Assembly (NCBI RefSeq): GCF_036321535.1
Contig: NC_087436.1
Coordinates: 119,662,001 to 119,722,000 of the forward strand
DNA: 60,000 nt
Direction of reading: 5' to 3'
Source: Camelus dromedarius
Taxonomy: Eukaryota
The translations under genes and the position numbers were made by a program. Under the pieces are notes generated by a model. It was not told the origin of the DNA. It ran no database searches and was given only the letters and a program-made list of their open reading frames with translations. This document shows, in pieces, positions 37,703 to 48,595 of the stretch; position 1 is the stretch's first letter, and the number at the start of each line of letters is the position of its first letter.

Positions 37703-40085
37703 ACCTGCTCACTGTCTCACACACCCTGCAGGAGCTCTGCCCTGCAAGTACCTGGCCATCATGGGGGGATTGATTTGAATTTTCTGTCCAGAGCAGCTTC
37801 CCTCCCCAGAGACATGGCTGCCTGCCTTCCCAGGCTTTCTGTGTGTTTTGCAGCCAGTCCTGCAAGACCTGACAGCTGGCCAAGGGGAGGGGGATGGTGT
37901 GGGAAGTGGCTGAGACCAGGAGGGGTTAGGGTGGGGGCTGTGCTTGAGCAGGGATGGGGGGGCATTCACCTGGGGGCTCAATCCTTCCCTCCTCTTGGGG
38001 AGATGAGACTGCCAGCTTTCCAGAATATTTTCCCCCTGAGTCAAATCCCTTTTTCCTTTGGTCTGGCTCAGGCTTTGGAGTCCCAGGAGGGCCGGGAGCA
38101 CGTGGGCCCTTGGCTATTAAAGCCAAGGTGAGAGCAAATTGGAGATTTTCCTGCAGAGGTGGTCAGTTTCTCAGATGTGCGGTGCAGCCCAGATTGGGGA
38201 GCCTGGGTGACTCAGGCTGTGTTCCCGTGATCTAGTCCCGGGGGTCCTGGCACTGGGACCGGCTCGACCATTAACTGTCACCACGAGCTGGTGCCCTGCT
38301 TTGTGCCCTGCTGAGGGCCAGCTGCCCTGTCTAGCCATCTCCTGTCTCTCCTCCTGTTCCCTCTCCATGGTAGGTGGGGCCTGGAACTCAGGTCTCAGGA
38401 TGTTTGTGGGCCTCGCTGACCAGCGTGCGTGGGCCTGGGCAGGGCAGATGCTACCTGGGGCAGACTGGGCGGGGTCTGGATCCCAGACTGCCGAGACTGG
38501 GTGTGTCAGGTGTCGCCAGCCATGGAGGGTAGTGAGACGAGAGTGTTCTGAACAAGGTACGTGAAGGCAAACTTGGCGCTGAAATGGGCCTGACTGAGGA
38601 GGGACTGGTCAGTGAGGGCGGAGAGGACTCAGGAGGCCTTGGCATGTGCCCTTCTTGCTTGCAGTGGCTGCGGCCCCCCTGGGGGCTGCTTCTTCCAGGA
38701 AGTCCTCCCTTCTCTTCTGGGTCTCGATCTGCCTGTGCTGCCCTGGGTCCCAACCTTCTGTGTTGCCCGGATCTGCACACTCCCTGAGGGCAGGGATTGG
38801 GGTCCCCTCGGAAGTCTCATGCCTTGTCCGGCACAGGTGCAGAGTCTCCTTGGTGACTGACCACCTGGAAGAAGGGAGCCATTCCAGAAGAGAAGGAACA
38901 AGGACCCAGGCTCTGGACGCAAAGCCCTGGCAGGCCGGCGGGTCTCAGTGGCTGACTGGGCACCCGGGCAGGTGGGGCACCCCAGCAGCTCTGAGGCTCT
39001 GGGCAGCGGGACCCCCACTCTTCCTGACACTTCTCCTGGGGGCCTCCTTGATGGGCCTCAGGCTGGTAGTCTCACTCAGAAGAGGGGAATCAGGAATGGA
39101 AGGCAGTTCCCAGCTGGAGGCCGCTGTGCAGGCATCGGGGGCTGGGAGGCACCTTGCCCTTGTTCGGGTGGGAAGACCCGAGCCCTTTCCCTCCTGGTTT
39201 CTCTGCTGCTGTGGGAAGGCTGGTGTCCGAGCCCCAGGGAGCATGCAGAGCGTCCACGGGGGCAGGACACCCGGGCTGGTGCCGGCTGCTCCCCGCCGGC
39301 CTCTGGAGAGAAAGGCTCAGTTTACAGGTTTAGAGTTCATCCAGTAGACAATTTGTCTTTTTTTTTTTTTTTTTTTAAAGGAAGATGCTACAATACTCGT
39401 ATTGACTGTCTTTAATTTGACACTTGACTGAGAGAAAAAAATAGCTTCTTAGGAATTCAGGCTGTCGATTGGTGTTGCAGGTGGAGGTGGGTTTCCTGTC
39501 TTAGGGGATAAAAGGGGAGGACACAGTAGATTTATTTAAGGTAGTTTTTGCTTTGAAGGTATGGCCGCTTCTTCTGCTAGTTGAAAAATGGTGTCTTGTT
39601 TAGAGGAAAGCATTAAACTGTCCATTAAAAGCCCAATCAGATCCCCTCCAGAGCCTTTTCTGATGGCTTTGTTCAGCTGCTCTGGACGTGCTGGGGGAGG
39701 AGGCTGGGTTGTTGGCGCACTAATCCGGCTCAGGAAGGCAGGGGGCCTTTATGAAAACCAATTCCTGCCATTCAGCTGCATCTGATGATTTCAGACAGCC
39801 GTCCCTGGGGCTCTGATGCACCGCATAAAAATTCAAAAGCGCAGTATATTAATTAACGAGTTAATCTGCGGAAAAGCTCAGTGAATTAGCCAGAATCGTC
39901 ACCCATGTTCTCAGATGAGCACCTGAAGGAAAAGGCCAACTGGACCGTGAGAACATGAACCTTCCGACGCGAGCTGGGGCCCGTGAGCAGGTGCCCGCGG
40001 TGGGGACGCTGGCCTCGATGTCCCCCCTCGCTTGCGAGACTGCTTTTGTTTGGAGGCCGCTAGAGGCAGAGGGGGTGGCGGAGGG

Positions 40086-40421
40086 GTCTGCCTCAGGCTG
40101 CTCAGGCTGCTGTGACTGAACACCACAACCGGGGCTTAAATGACAGACAGTTATTTCTCACAGCCCTGGAGACCGGATGTCCAGGATCCAGGTGCTGGAG
40201 AATTCTGCAGCTGGTGAGGGCCGGCTTCCTGCTTTGCAGGTGCTGCCCTCTCCCTGTGTGCTTGCACGGTGGAGACAGGCCGCTCTCCTCCTCTTATAAG
40301 AACACAGTCCTATAGGTTTAGGGCCCCACCTAATGACCTCATTTAACCTTAATTACCTCCTATACTCTGGGGTAGGCCTTCAACATATGAATTTGGTGAG
40401 GGGCACAGTTCAGTCCATAGC
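40086..40421 (-). mobile_element. MLT1A/B-like solo LTR
   Basis: TTATTTCTCACAGCCCTGGAG, CTCTTATAAGAACAC, AGGGCCCCACCTAATGACCTCATTTAACCTTAATTACCTCC, TTCAACATATGAATTTGG. Confidence 0.9.
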
Positions 40422-42034
40422 GGAGTTGTGAGCATGAGCCCCTCTTGCCTGAGGTGGCAGCTGCCTAGCCCAGGCGCCCCTTCCTCCAGGAAGCCTTCCC
40501 TTCTCCCCTCTGGGTTTTCAGGGGGCCCTGTGCTGTCCTGGGTTGTGGCCTTCTGTGTTGACTATCGGTCAATTGGTCCTTTGCCCTCTGGGCTTGGCCC
40601 TAAGGTTAGACTCCAAGGGGCTACCAATGGGGAGACATTATCCATCCCCTGGGAGTGATACACCCATATTCCCCACCCAGGGATCACCCATGTAGTTTGG
40701 GGAGGACTTCTGGGGATTTGTGTGTTTCAGGATTAATGTTTGATCTAATCTGATTCTCTGAGTCTCTGGATTCACTGTGAGGTTTCACCCTTTCAGGTCT
40801 TTGTCTCTCTGCCTGCAGTGCCTTCCTTCCCCTCTTTGGCCTACTTCTCCTTGGGATTCAGCGTGGCATTTCCTCCTCCAGGAAGCCCTCCGGAGCACCT
40901 GTCTCCGAGCCTACCACGCTATCTTTTGAGCAGTCACTTATCTGTCTTCAGTGCCTTGCAGAGCAGCTCTGGCTCTCATCCCTGGTGTTGTTCAGAGTCG
41001 ACCACTGAGTGAGTGCTCGGTAAATGCTTGTTGATGGAAGGAAGCCTCCTCCACCTGTGCCTGGAACAGTGCCTGTGTCTAGTGGGCACTCAGTCCACGT
41101 TTGATGAGTTGATTCATTGGAGCCAGCCTCGTGGATCAGCTGCAGCTACCAAAAAGACCGAGCTGCGGTTAATAAAGCCCTCCCAGACCCGGGACATCAG
41201 TAAAATATCACAATTTATGTAAAGCTTTTCGTTATAACTCTGCAGGGAGTTTCCTCTGGTATTAGCATTTTTCAGACTCTCTTATCAGCAGCACTTCAAG
41301 GATAAAAGCTGGGGCTGCCGAAGGCGGGTGTGGGGAGAACAAACACCAGCTCTTTGCACATCCCAAATAGAGATGGAAGTCCAGGTAGGGCGGTGCTCCC
41401 GTGATGCTGTGGGGCCTCGCCCCGGCTCCTGCCTGCCAAGGACCTTTAACACATTTCCTCCACATGGCCACTGTGACCTGGAGCCGCCTGACCGCAACTG
41501 GAGGAGAAGGACAGTTGTCCCCTTCCTCTGTCAGAAGAGCAGCCCTTGGAGTTGGTCCCTGACATGCCTGGGAGCCTGGGGGAGGGCTCTGCATGGGGGT
41601 GGGGAGGGGGGCTGCCTTTGTCTCCCCAGGGCTCTGCCTCGGGGCCTAAGTGGGGACTATAGGCAGCCCAGTGACCCCGTGCTGGCAGGATCCTGATGGC
41701 TGACCCCAGGGAGGCAGGTCAACTTCACTAAGATCCAGCACTGTGATCCCCCTCGGCATGTAGCAGGGCACTCCAACATGCATGGATGTGACCGTGGCTG
41801 CTTCAGATCACAAACAGGGCCAGTCCTGGGGTCCCCTGCTCAGCCTGCATCGGTGCGGGGACAGTAGGAAGGGCCAGCTTTCCTTGAACCTCATCATCCT
41901 TTAAAACCTGGACTTCTACTCTGTGCTTGTTTAATATGCTGAATATAGTCCCTCATCCCACCCAGACAGCAGAGTCAAAGATGCAGTGGAAGAGAAGGCC
42001 CACGCTTACCATCTGGCCTCGCCCGAGCCCCCGA

Positions 42035-42150
42035 ACCTCTCCCAGCCTCAGCTTCCCCATCTGTAAGACAGAGGTAATAGTCTCTACTGTTTCGTGCTGT
42101 TGTGAGGTCAAGTGCAGCAACGGCTGTAACACACAGGCCGTGGGGCATGG
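42035..42150 (+). mobile_element. MIR SINE
   Basis: AGCCTCAGCTTCCCCATCTGTAAGACAGAGGTAATAG...TGTTGTGAGG. Confidence 0.75.
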
Positions 42151-42797
42151 CAGGCCCACATGTCGGGCCCGCGGTGCGTAGGACCACTGCCGTCTGCCGC
42201 GCACTAGTCAGGACAACCAGCGCTCGCTGCTGTAACAAGCACTGCAGTGTGTTGACACAGGACTGCTCACTGCGCCCTCGTGGGGTGGGTGGGGACCGGT
42301 GGCCTGGACCCCCGTCCACAACCTCCTTGCCTTGACTGCAGCCCTCTGGACTGGAGGGAGCGAGCACAGACCGTCACCCGGTTGTGCAGGGCTGTTGAGT
42401 GTGGACTTGCTGGGGTCACACACCTCCCCTCTCCTGCTGGCAAAGCTTGGCTCCTGTGGCTCATGTCTCACTTCCGAGATATCTTTTTTTCCTCTCTTCT
42501 CCACGCTGTTGACGGGTCCTCCCTTCTTTTCCCCGGATCTGTGCCACCTCTGACCCCGCTTTTTTGTCCTGGCCCCCAGGGGGGCCATGGGGGTCATGGG
42601 GCTGGAGGGGGGAGAACTGGATGCTGCCTCTGCTCAGACCTTAGTTTCCTCACCCGTGAAATGGGTGCATTTCCATGCTATCCTCGCTAAGGCTTCTCCA
42701 CCGCTGCCCAGTCCCGCCTAGTGCCTACTTCCTGCACTGACTGTTGGGCCCTGAGCTCCTTTGTGACTGAACTGATTGTACCAGGCAGCTCTAGTCT

Positions 42798-43560
42798 TCA
42801 CTCGTTCGTTCAGCACATGAAGGTGGAGGGCCTGCTCTGAGCCCTGTGGTGCTGAGGAGACACTGAGAAACAAGACAGACATGGTCCCTGCCCAGCGGGG
42901 GACACTGACATCAGAGAACTAATTTCACGGTTAGTGATTTAATTACACCAACTGTGAGCACTGCTGGAAAGGAGCAGGTAGCTGGGACAGTTTCACCTGG
43001 GGGTCGGGAGGCCTCTCTGAGGAGGGGACATGTTAGCAAAGATCCAGAGGACAGATAGGAGAGGGCTGAGTGAGCGGCATGTGAAGGAGTGTTCCAGGCA
43101 GAGGGCACAGCATGTGCAAAGGTCCTGAGGTGGGAACGAGCATGACTGTTCAAGGCAGAGGCAGTTGGGACACAAACAGAAGCAGAGCTGGGGGCTCAGA
43201 TGGGGCAGGAGAAGGGCGTACAGAGCATGAGGGCCCTGTAGCCAGTGAAAGGGGTTTTAAGCAAAAGCAGGGAGAGGGTTGAACAGCTGGGCGGGCGTAT
43301 GATCAGCCTTGTTTTCTGTAAGATTCTTCCAGCTGCCGGTGCAGAACCAGTGAGGTAGAAGCTGGGAGGAGGCCCGAGCCCTGGGTGTGAGGTAGCCTCT
43401 GCTGTCTAGCCAGGGCTGGGGTGGAGCCAGCCCGGAGCCTGGGGGTCTGGGGAGAGGAGGCCAGGTAGAGAATCCACCAGGAGAAGCTGTGGGACTGGTG
43501 ATGGCCTGGAGGGCATCTTGGGGTAGGAGGCTTCCAGAACAGCTTGCGGGATTCTGGCTG
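42798..43560 (-). mobile_element. L2 LINE 3' segment
   Basis: AACAAGACAGACATGGTCCCTGCCC, GGTCGGGAGGCCTCTCTGAGGAGG, TTCCAGGCAGAGGGCACAGCATGTGCAAAGGTCCTGAGGTGGGA. Confidence 0.85.
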
Positions 43561-44731
43561 GACCCCGGGTGCACAGCAATGCCCTTCCTGGGAGGGGAAT
43601 GTCTGTGGGGATTGAGGACTCAGCCTTGTGGGGGTCCAGCCCAGTGTTTCTCCTCCGGCAGCGGCAATGCGTCTGCGTGAACATAACGGGTCGGCGAGCT
43701 GAGTCCGGGAGGAGTAAGGACTGGCCTGTTAGAGAAACGAAGGAAGGTGACTGAGATGCCACAGGTGCTGTTCCCATCACCGTCACATCTTTGTACATGC
43801 GTCCTACCAGAGCCCAGAGAACACAGTGTAAATTCTGTCTTTACATACGAGGAGGCTGATGTGTCGAGAGGAAGGCCACTCCAGGTGTCCAAGGTTGTGT
43901 AACTTGAGTGGGACTGGTCACTGAACCCTAAACGCCTCCAAGGCCAGGTTGGGGATGCGTCTGCACTGGTCCCACAGGGCTGAGGAGGGGGCAGGAGGCA
44001 GTGCATGGGGAGGTGGTGTGTGGCCTGGGGAGGATGTCGCTCGAGGCCAGGACTTGCCCGGAGAACCGCATCAACCTTGCGGGCAGAGCGGTGCCAGGAC
44101 TCTGCTTCCTCACGCCGGGTGTGCACTAGGTGTCCCCGTCTCCCACAGGGACAGGCGAGCTGAGCACCTGGTACAGTAGGTGTACCAGGGCCACTGTCTC
44201 CCGCATCACCTGTCACTCCAGCGCCCAAGTGCTGGGAGACAGGAAGCACCAAGATGGCTGCTGTGGGGGCCACAGTTACAGACAGACTCCTGGGGACCCA
44301 GCTAGACCTGGGGGGGGGTGGGTCACGGTGTCTTCAGGATACGCAGGAGAAGACGGTTGTGTGTGTCTGGGGTTCTCTGTTGATTTTCTGTGTTACCATC
44401 CCACGCTGCTCATGAAGGGAGAGGGGACTGGGCCACTGATGAAAGGAAGCGTTGGCAGAATTTGGTGACATCTGTCTGCCACCCAGTTGCATCCTGCTGG
44501 GCTGGCCAGAGCTGGGGGTCTGTGGGGTGGTCCTACTGGACCGGCGACCTCCAGTTCTTCCTGGAAAAGTGGCCCTGGGTGCCGTAAATGAAGATGAAGT
44601 TGGCGGAGAGCCCACTCCGGCCATGAAAATTGGCAGCGTGCTGAATGTTTTCATCCAGAAGATGCTTATTAATTAAAAAAAAAAAATAATGTGTACTCAT
44701 TTGAAAATACTGAAAAGCAGGAAGAAGGACG

Positions 44732-44745
44732 GTTGCCATGGTAAC
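44732..44745. promoter_or_regulatory. RFX X-box motif
   Basis: GTTGCCATGGTAAC matches the consensus GTNRCCATGGYAAC. Confidence 0.55.
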
Positions 44746-44929
44746 TGCCCACAGGTTGCCACGCACGGGTTATCTGTGGTGAACTTCCTTCCAGTCTCTT
44801 TTCCTTTTAGGAGCCAGGGGTTGAGACTTTCCTGACTGCCCACGTTTGTGTCCCGACTGTCATTGGCTCGGTGCATCCCCCACGTCCCTCCACAGCCCTT
44901 GCAGACACTGACTTTGACAGTGGCCTAAG

Positions 44930-45100
44930 TTTCGATCGAGTGAATTTATTCAACTGTTCCTCTGCTGTTGATTATTTTTAGTTCTCCATGAGGATGGCTA
45001 TACCATTTTTGGAACTTAGGATTCCTTCCTTAGGAGAGATTCCTAGAAGTGGACCCATTTGTCACAGGTGTGACCGTTTTGGGGATCTGTGTAAAGCCTG
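44930..45100 (-). mobile_element. Old L1 (L1ME-like) fragment
   Basis: TTCCTTAGGAGAGATTCCTAGAAGTGG. Confidence 0.55.
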
Positions 45101-45689
45101 TCTCTTGCTCCTTGGAAGGCCCTGTCTCACCCAGGCTGCTGGAGGTGGCCCAGTATTTCCGAGGCTGTGCAGGCCGCCCCTCCTGCCAGGAGCAGGTCTG
45201 TGAGCGCTGCCCCCGGATGGTCACCGAGATTGAGAGGCAGGGCTTCCTTTGGCCAAGAAGGATGGCAGGGCTCCCTTCGATGGGTGGCTCATTTCACACA
45301 AGTGTCTCTCCTTAGCTGCTGGTGTAAACTTGCTGAGGCCTCATCCAGCAGGTGACGCCTGGGACGGCCTGGCCTCCTGGGACCTTCCTTCCTGCCAGAC
45401 GCCGCGGCCAGCGTATTCTCATCATGTCTGCTGATTGTCCATTTTGTTTTGTTCATGGTCTCTCACATGCTCCTGGCCTTCCCGCCAGGCCTGCTCTTGT
45501 CACAGCCACGCAGCGGTTGAGGAAGGCTGGCTGTGGTTCATTTACATCCTCATCAACTGAGAGGATCTGAGCACCACACACATGCACACACACAGGCCAC
45601 TGATACGTGGTGACCGGAGAGATACAATGAGTGGTGTTGGGGTGTGGGGAAGGGGTGATCTGGAGAGGCTTCTTGGAGGCGGTGAGCAG

Positions 45690-45950
45690 GAGGACCTGTG
45701 TGGGCAGATTTGGGGTGGGTTTCTTGTACAGGGAAGATCTGGAGCAAAGGCCTGTGTGGGAGTGTGTGTGGAGGAGCAAATTCGAGACCTGCGTGTCCTC
45801 TGCAGTAACCAGGCTGGGGCCGGGGGGTGGAGAGAGGGGGAGCATGAAGCAGGAGGTGGGCCGGGACCAGACTTGCACAGCCTCGCACACCAAGGTGAAG
45901 GGTTGGATTTTCTCCTGTAGGTAACGTGGGGCTGCTGACGGTTTCTGGAT
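45690..45950 (-). mobile_element. L2 fragment
   Basis: GCAAAGGCCTGTGTGGGAGTGTG, GGTGGGCCGGGACCAGAC, GGTTGGATTTTCTCCTGTAGGTAACGTGGGGC. Confidence 0.6.
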
Positions 45951-46440
45951 GGAAATGTCTCCGAATTCAGCTGCAGCTGTCACAGATGTTATCAGCGAGC
46001 TGTCTGGCTTGACTCAGCTTCGTTTCCCAGACGTTCATTTAAAAAAAAAATGCTTATCCCGCTTCTTTGTTACTTATCCTCTAAAACTACCCTGGGGGTT
46101 TGGGCTTCCTGGCTGTCGGATGCTGGACGAATGGGGGTTGTTTTGGTCCTTAACTGCTGAGCCGTCCTGGACCATGTTGTCTGCACATAAACCCCAAGGG
46201 GGCCAGAATCAGGTCTCCCTCCACCCTCTGCCCCCCAGGATGGAGACCCCGGGATGTCCCCCCGAGACCTTCGGGGAGGGGCGTGGAGACCTTCGGGTCG
46301 TCAGCGAGGTGTGCCGGGAGCACCTTTTCAGGGAGCACATCACCCCCCCCCCGGTGGTGCTGTGGGTGCAGGGCTCTGGGACTCTGGGGGGAGTCTTTTC
46401 TGCCCCCTGGGCCCAAGCAGTATCTACTGCTCCCAGCTAG

Positions 46441-46607
46441 CTCCTCCCTCTCCGTCCTCCATTTCCCTCATCCCCCCGGCCCTTCTTCCCCCACCTCCCT
46501 TCTCTCTCCCCATTCCTCTCCTCCCCTCCCCCTCCTTTCCCTGGTCTCTCCCCCTCCTCCTCCCCTCCCCCTCCCTCCCTACCCTCCCTCTCTCCCCCTT
46601 CCCCTCC
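46441..46607. repeat. CT-rich low-complexity (polypyrimidine/polypurine) tract
   Basis: About 165 nt of almost pure C/T with many CCC/CCCC runs. Confidence 0.9.
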
Positions 46608-47704
46608 AGAGACACCATTCTGGCCGCCCACACAAAGAGGCGATTGTGAATCCAGCCCCAGCGAAGCCCAAGGAACATGGTGGAGGCCTGATTTCCATGA
46701 ATAATCAGACTCCCAGCCGGGCCACTGCAGGCGGCAACCTGAGCTGGGGCAGCCAGCCGGGTGGTTTGCTCCAGGGCTTTGTCTGAGGATGAAGAGCCCC
46801 TGGCCGGGCGCCACGTTGCCTTGGCAGTGGGGGTGGAGTGACGGGAGTGGAGCCCAGGGCCGCCCACGGCAGGATGCCCAGTGGAGTCCGAGCCGTCCAG
46901 CCATGGCGGTCGGGGGGAGGGTTGGTCAGCAGGGCCCCGAGCCGTTGGTCAGGGATCTGCGGGAGGGACGTGTTGGCAGGGGCTGGACTGGACTCGGCTG
47001 CTGGGTCCCACACGTCAGGGTGCTGGAGAGCAGCCCCACTCCGTGCGTGTGGACAGGCCGATACCGTAGTCCTCGTTTGTTGTTGGGTCTGTGGGGGTTG
47101 GGGATGGGGCGAGCCCAGCGTTGCATGTGCCCCCCACCCCCGCCCTGTTCAAGTGAACACCTCCTTGGACCCAGCTTCGGTTTCCTCCCCTGCCAAATGG
47201 GCCTCCTAGCACCTCCCCAGCCAGGCTGTGCTGGGGCTGCCTGGATGGGGGGTGCAAGGTGCCCAGCACCTGGCAGGTGCTCCATTATGACACTTTAAGG
47301 CAAAGATGACAACCCTCCCGTGGCCAGTGCAGTTCTGTCTTGCAGACAGGAAGCAGGTCCCAGGGCCTCCCGTGAGGTCAGCCCAGGTCCAGTCCCCACA
47401 GGGATGGACGGTCAGCCCCTTGGTATCTGCACAGGGGAATTGAAACCTAGTGTCCAGCGCTGCGGCTGCATTGACACGTACTGGCTGCCCCTGGGCTAAT
47501 CCCGGGTGTGAGCTCCTGCGCCTGGTACCCCGTCTCCCCGGGCACCCAGGAAACCCCACCGAAGCCCCAAGCTCTCACAGCCTCCAGGAGCCGGAAGTCT
47601 CTTAGCTTCGGGAGGACGCTGTTTTCCCTCTGATGGTGATAGCGCTGAGCCTTGGGACCCCAAGTCGCCCCCTCTCTTTCACTCCCAAGGACCCTCTGCA
47701 CTGG

Positions 47705-47790
47705 AGAAGCGTGGACCTTGCGCAGGTGACCGGATCTCTCTGAGCCTCAGTTTCCCCACCTGTCAAATGGGAACCACAGTATCACAGCCA
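47705..47790 (+). mobile_element. MIR SINE fragment
   Basis: TCTCTCTGAGCCTCAGTTTCCCCACCTGTCAAATGGG. Confidence 0.8.
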
Positions 47791-48200
47791 CTCGGGCTGT
47801 GGGGAGGGGTGATTACGTTAATATTGGCGAACACCAGACCAGGCCAGGCTCTCTCCTGCAGGTCAGCAGCAGAAATCAGCAAAATGTCTCTAGAAGGCGG
47901 AATCCCTGCTCTGTGTGCCAGACACTGTGTGTGCTCACAGGGGCCTCCTCCATCACTCAGCAGCCTCAGTCTGTTGAGGGCAGGTGGGGCAGGGGTGCCT
48001 CCACTTCTTGGGCACCACTGGGTAAAGTCCACATGCCTGGCCTGGCGTCTGAGATGCCCAGAACCACCTGTGTGGCCACTGCTTCCCTAGATGTCAGCAT
48101 CTTCCAGGCTCTGGACTGACATGTGCAGCTGACCGTCTGGGGCACCCCTGCCCCACTGTCTTCTGCAGTCCGGACTCAGCTGACCTCTCTCCCTCTCTAG

Positions 48201-48595
48201 GGCATCCTCCCCACCTCCCCGGGCGCCTGTGGGCTCCCTCTCTGGGCCTCCGCGCTGTGCCTGGTGGAGAGGGCAGGGGTTCCTCCTACATGCCCCCGCT
48301 TCCTGGAGTTGGAGGCCCTGTCTGAGTCACCTCCATGCCCCCCAGCCTGGCCCCTGTGCTCAGGGGCTGAGGAGGGAGTGAATGGGGCTGGAAGAAGCAG
48401 GCTGCCCTCCGCCTCTCTCGCCATCGGGCTGCGGCCCTGTCCCTGCATGAATGCCACTTTTGTATTTGTTCTCGCCGGGGACATTCTGGGTGGGAGCGCT
48501 GGCTGGGGAGTAGGGAGCCCGACTCCGCTCCTGCTGCCCCCAGAGGCCCCCCCGTGGCCCCCAGCGGCCCTGGGCCAGCCGCTGCCCCTGGCTGA
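48201..48595 (+). other. Candidate cryptic/alternative exon (unverified)
   Basis: Branch-like GCTGAC plus pyrimidine tract ending AG at 48200; GTAAGT donor at 48596; stop-free frame across the interval; peptide not recognised. Confidence 0.2.

Noticed and set aside
39346..39376. Hairpin AGACAA-T-TTGTCT followed by a T run, resembling an intrinsic terminator
   Set aside because: Mammalian context and a one-base loop; most likely a simple poly-T tract
2174..40892. Recurring CCTCCAGGAAGCC and TCATTCATT words
   Set aside because: Explained by dispersed L2 fragments and tails, not a CRISPR-like array or a new repeat
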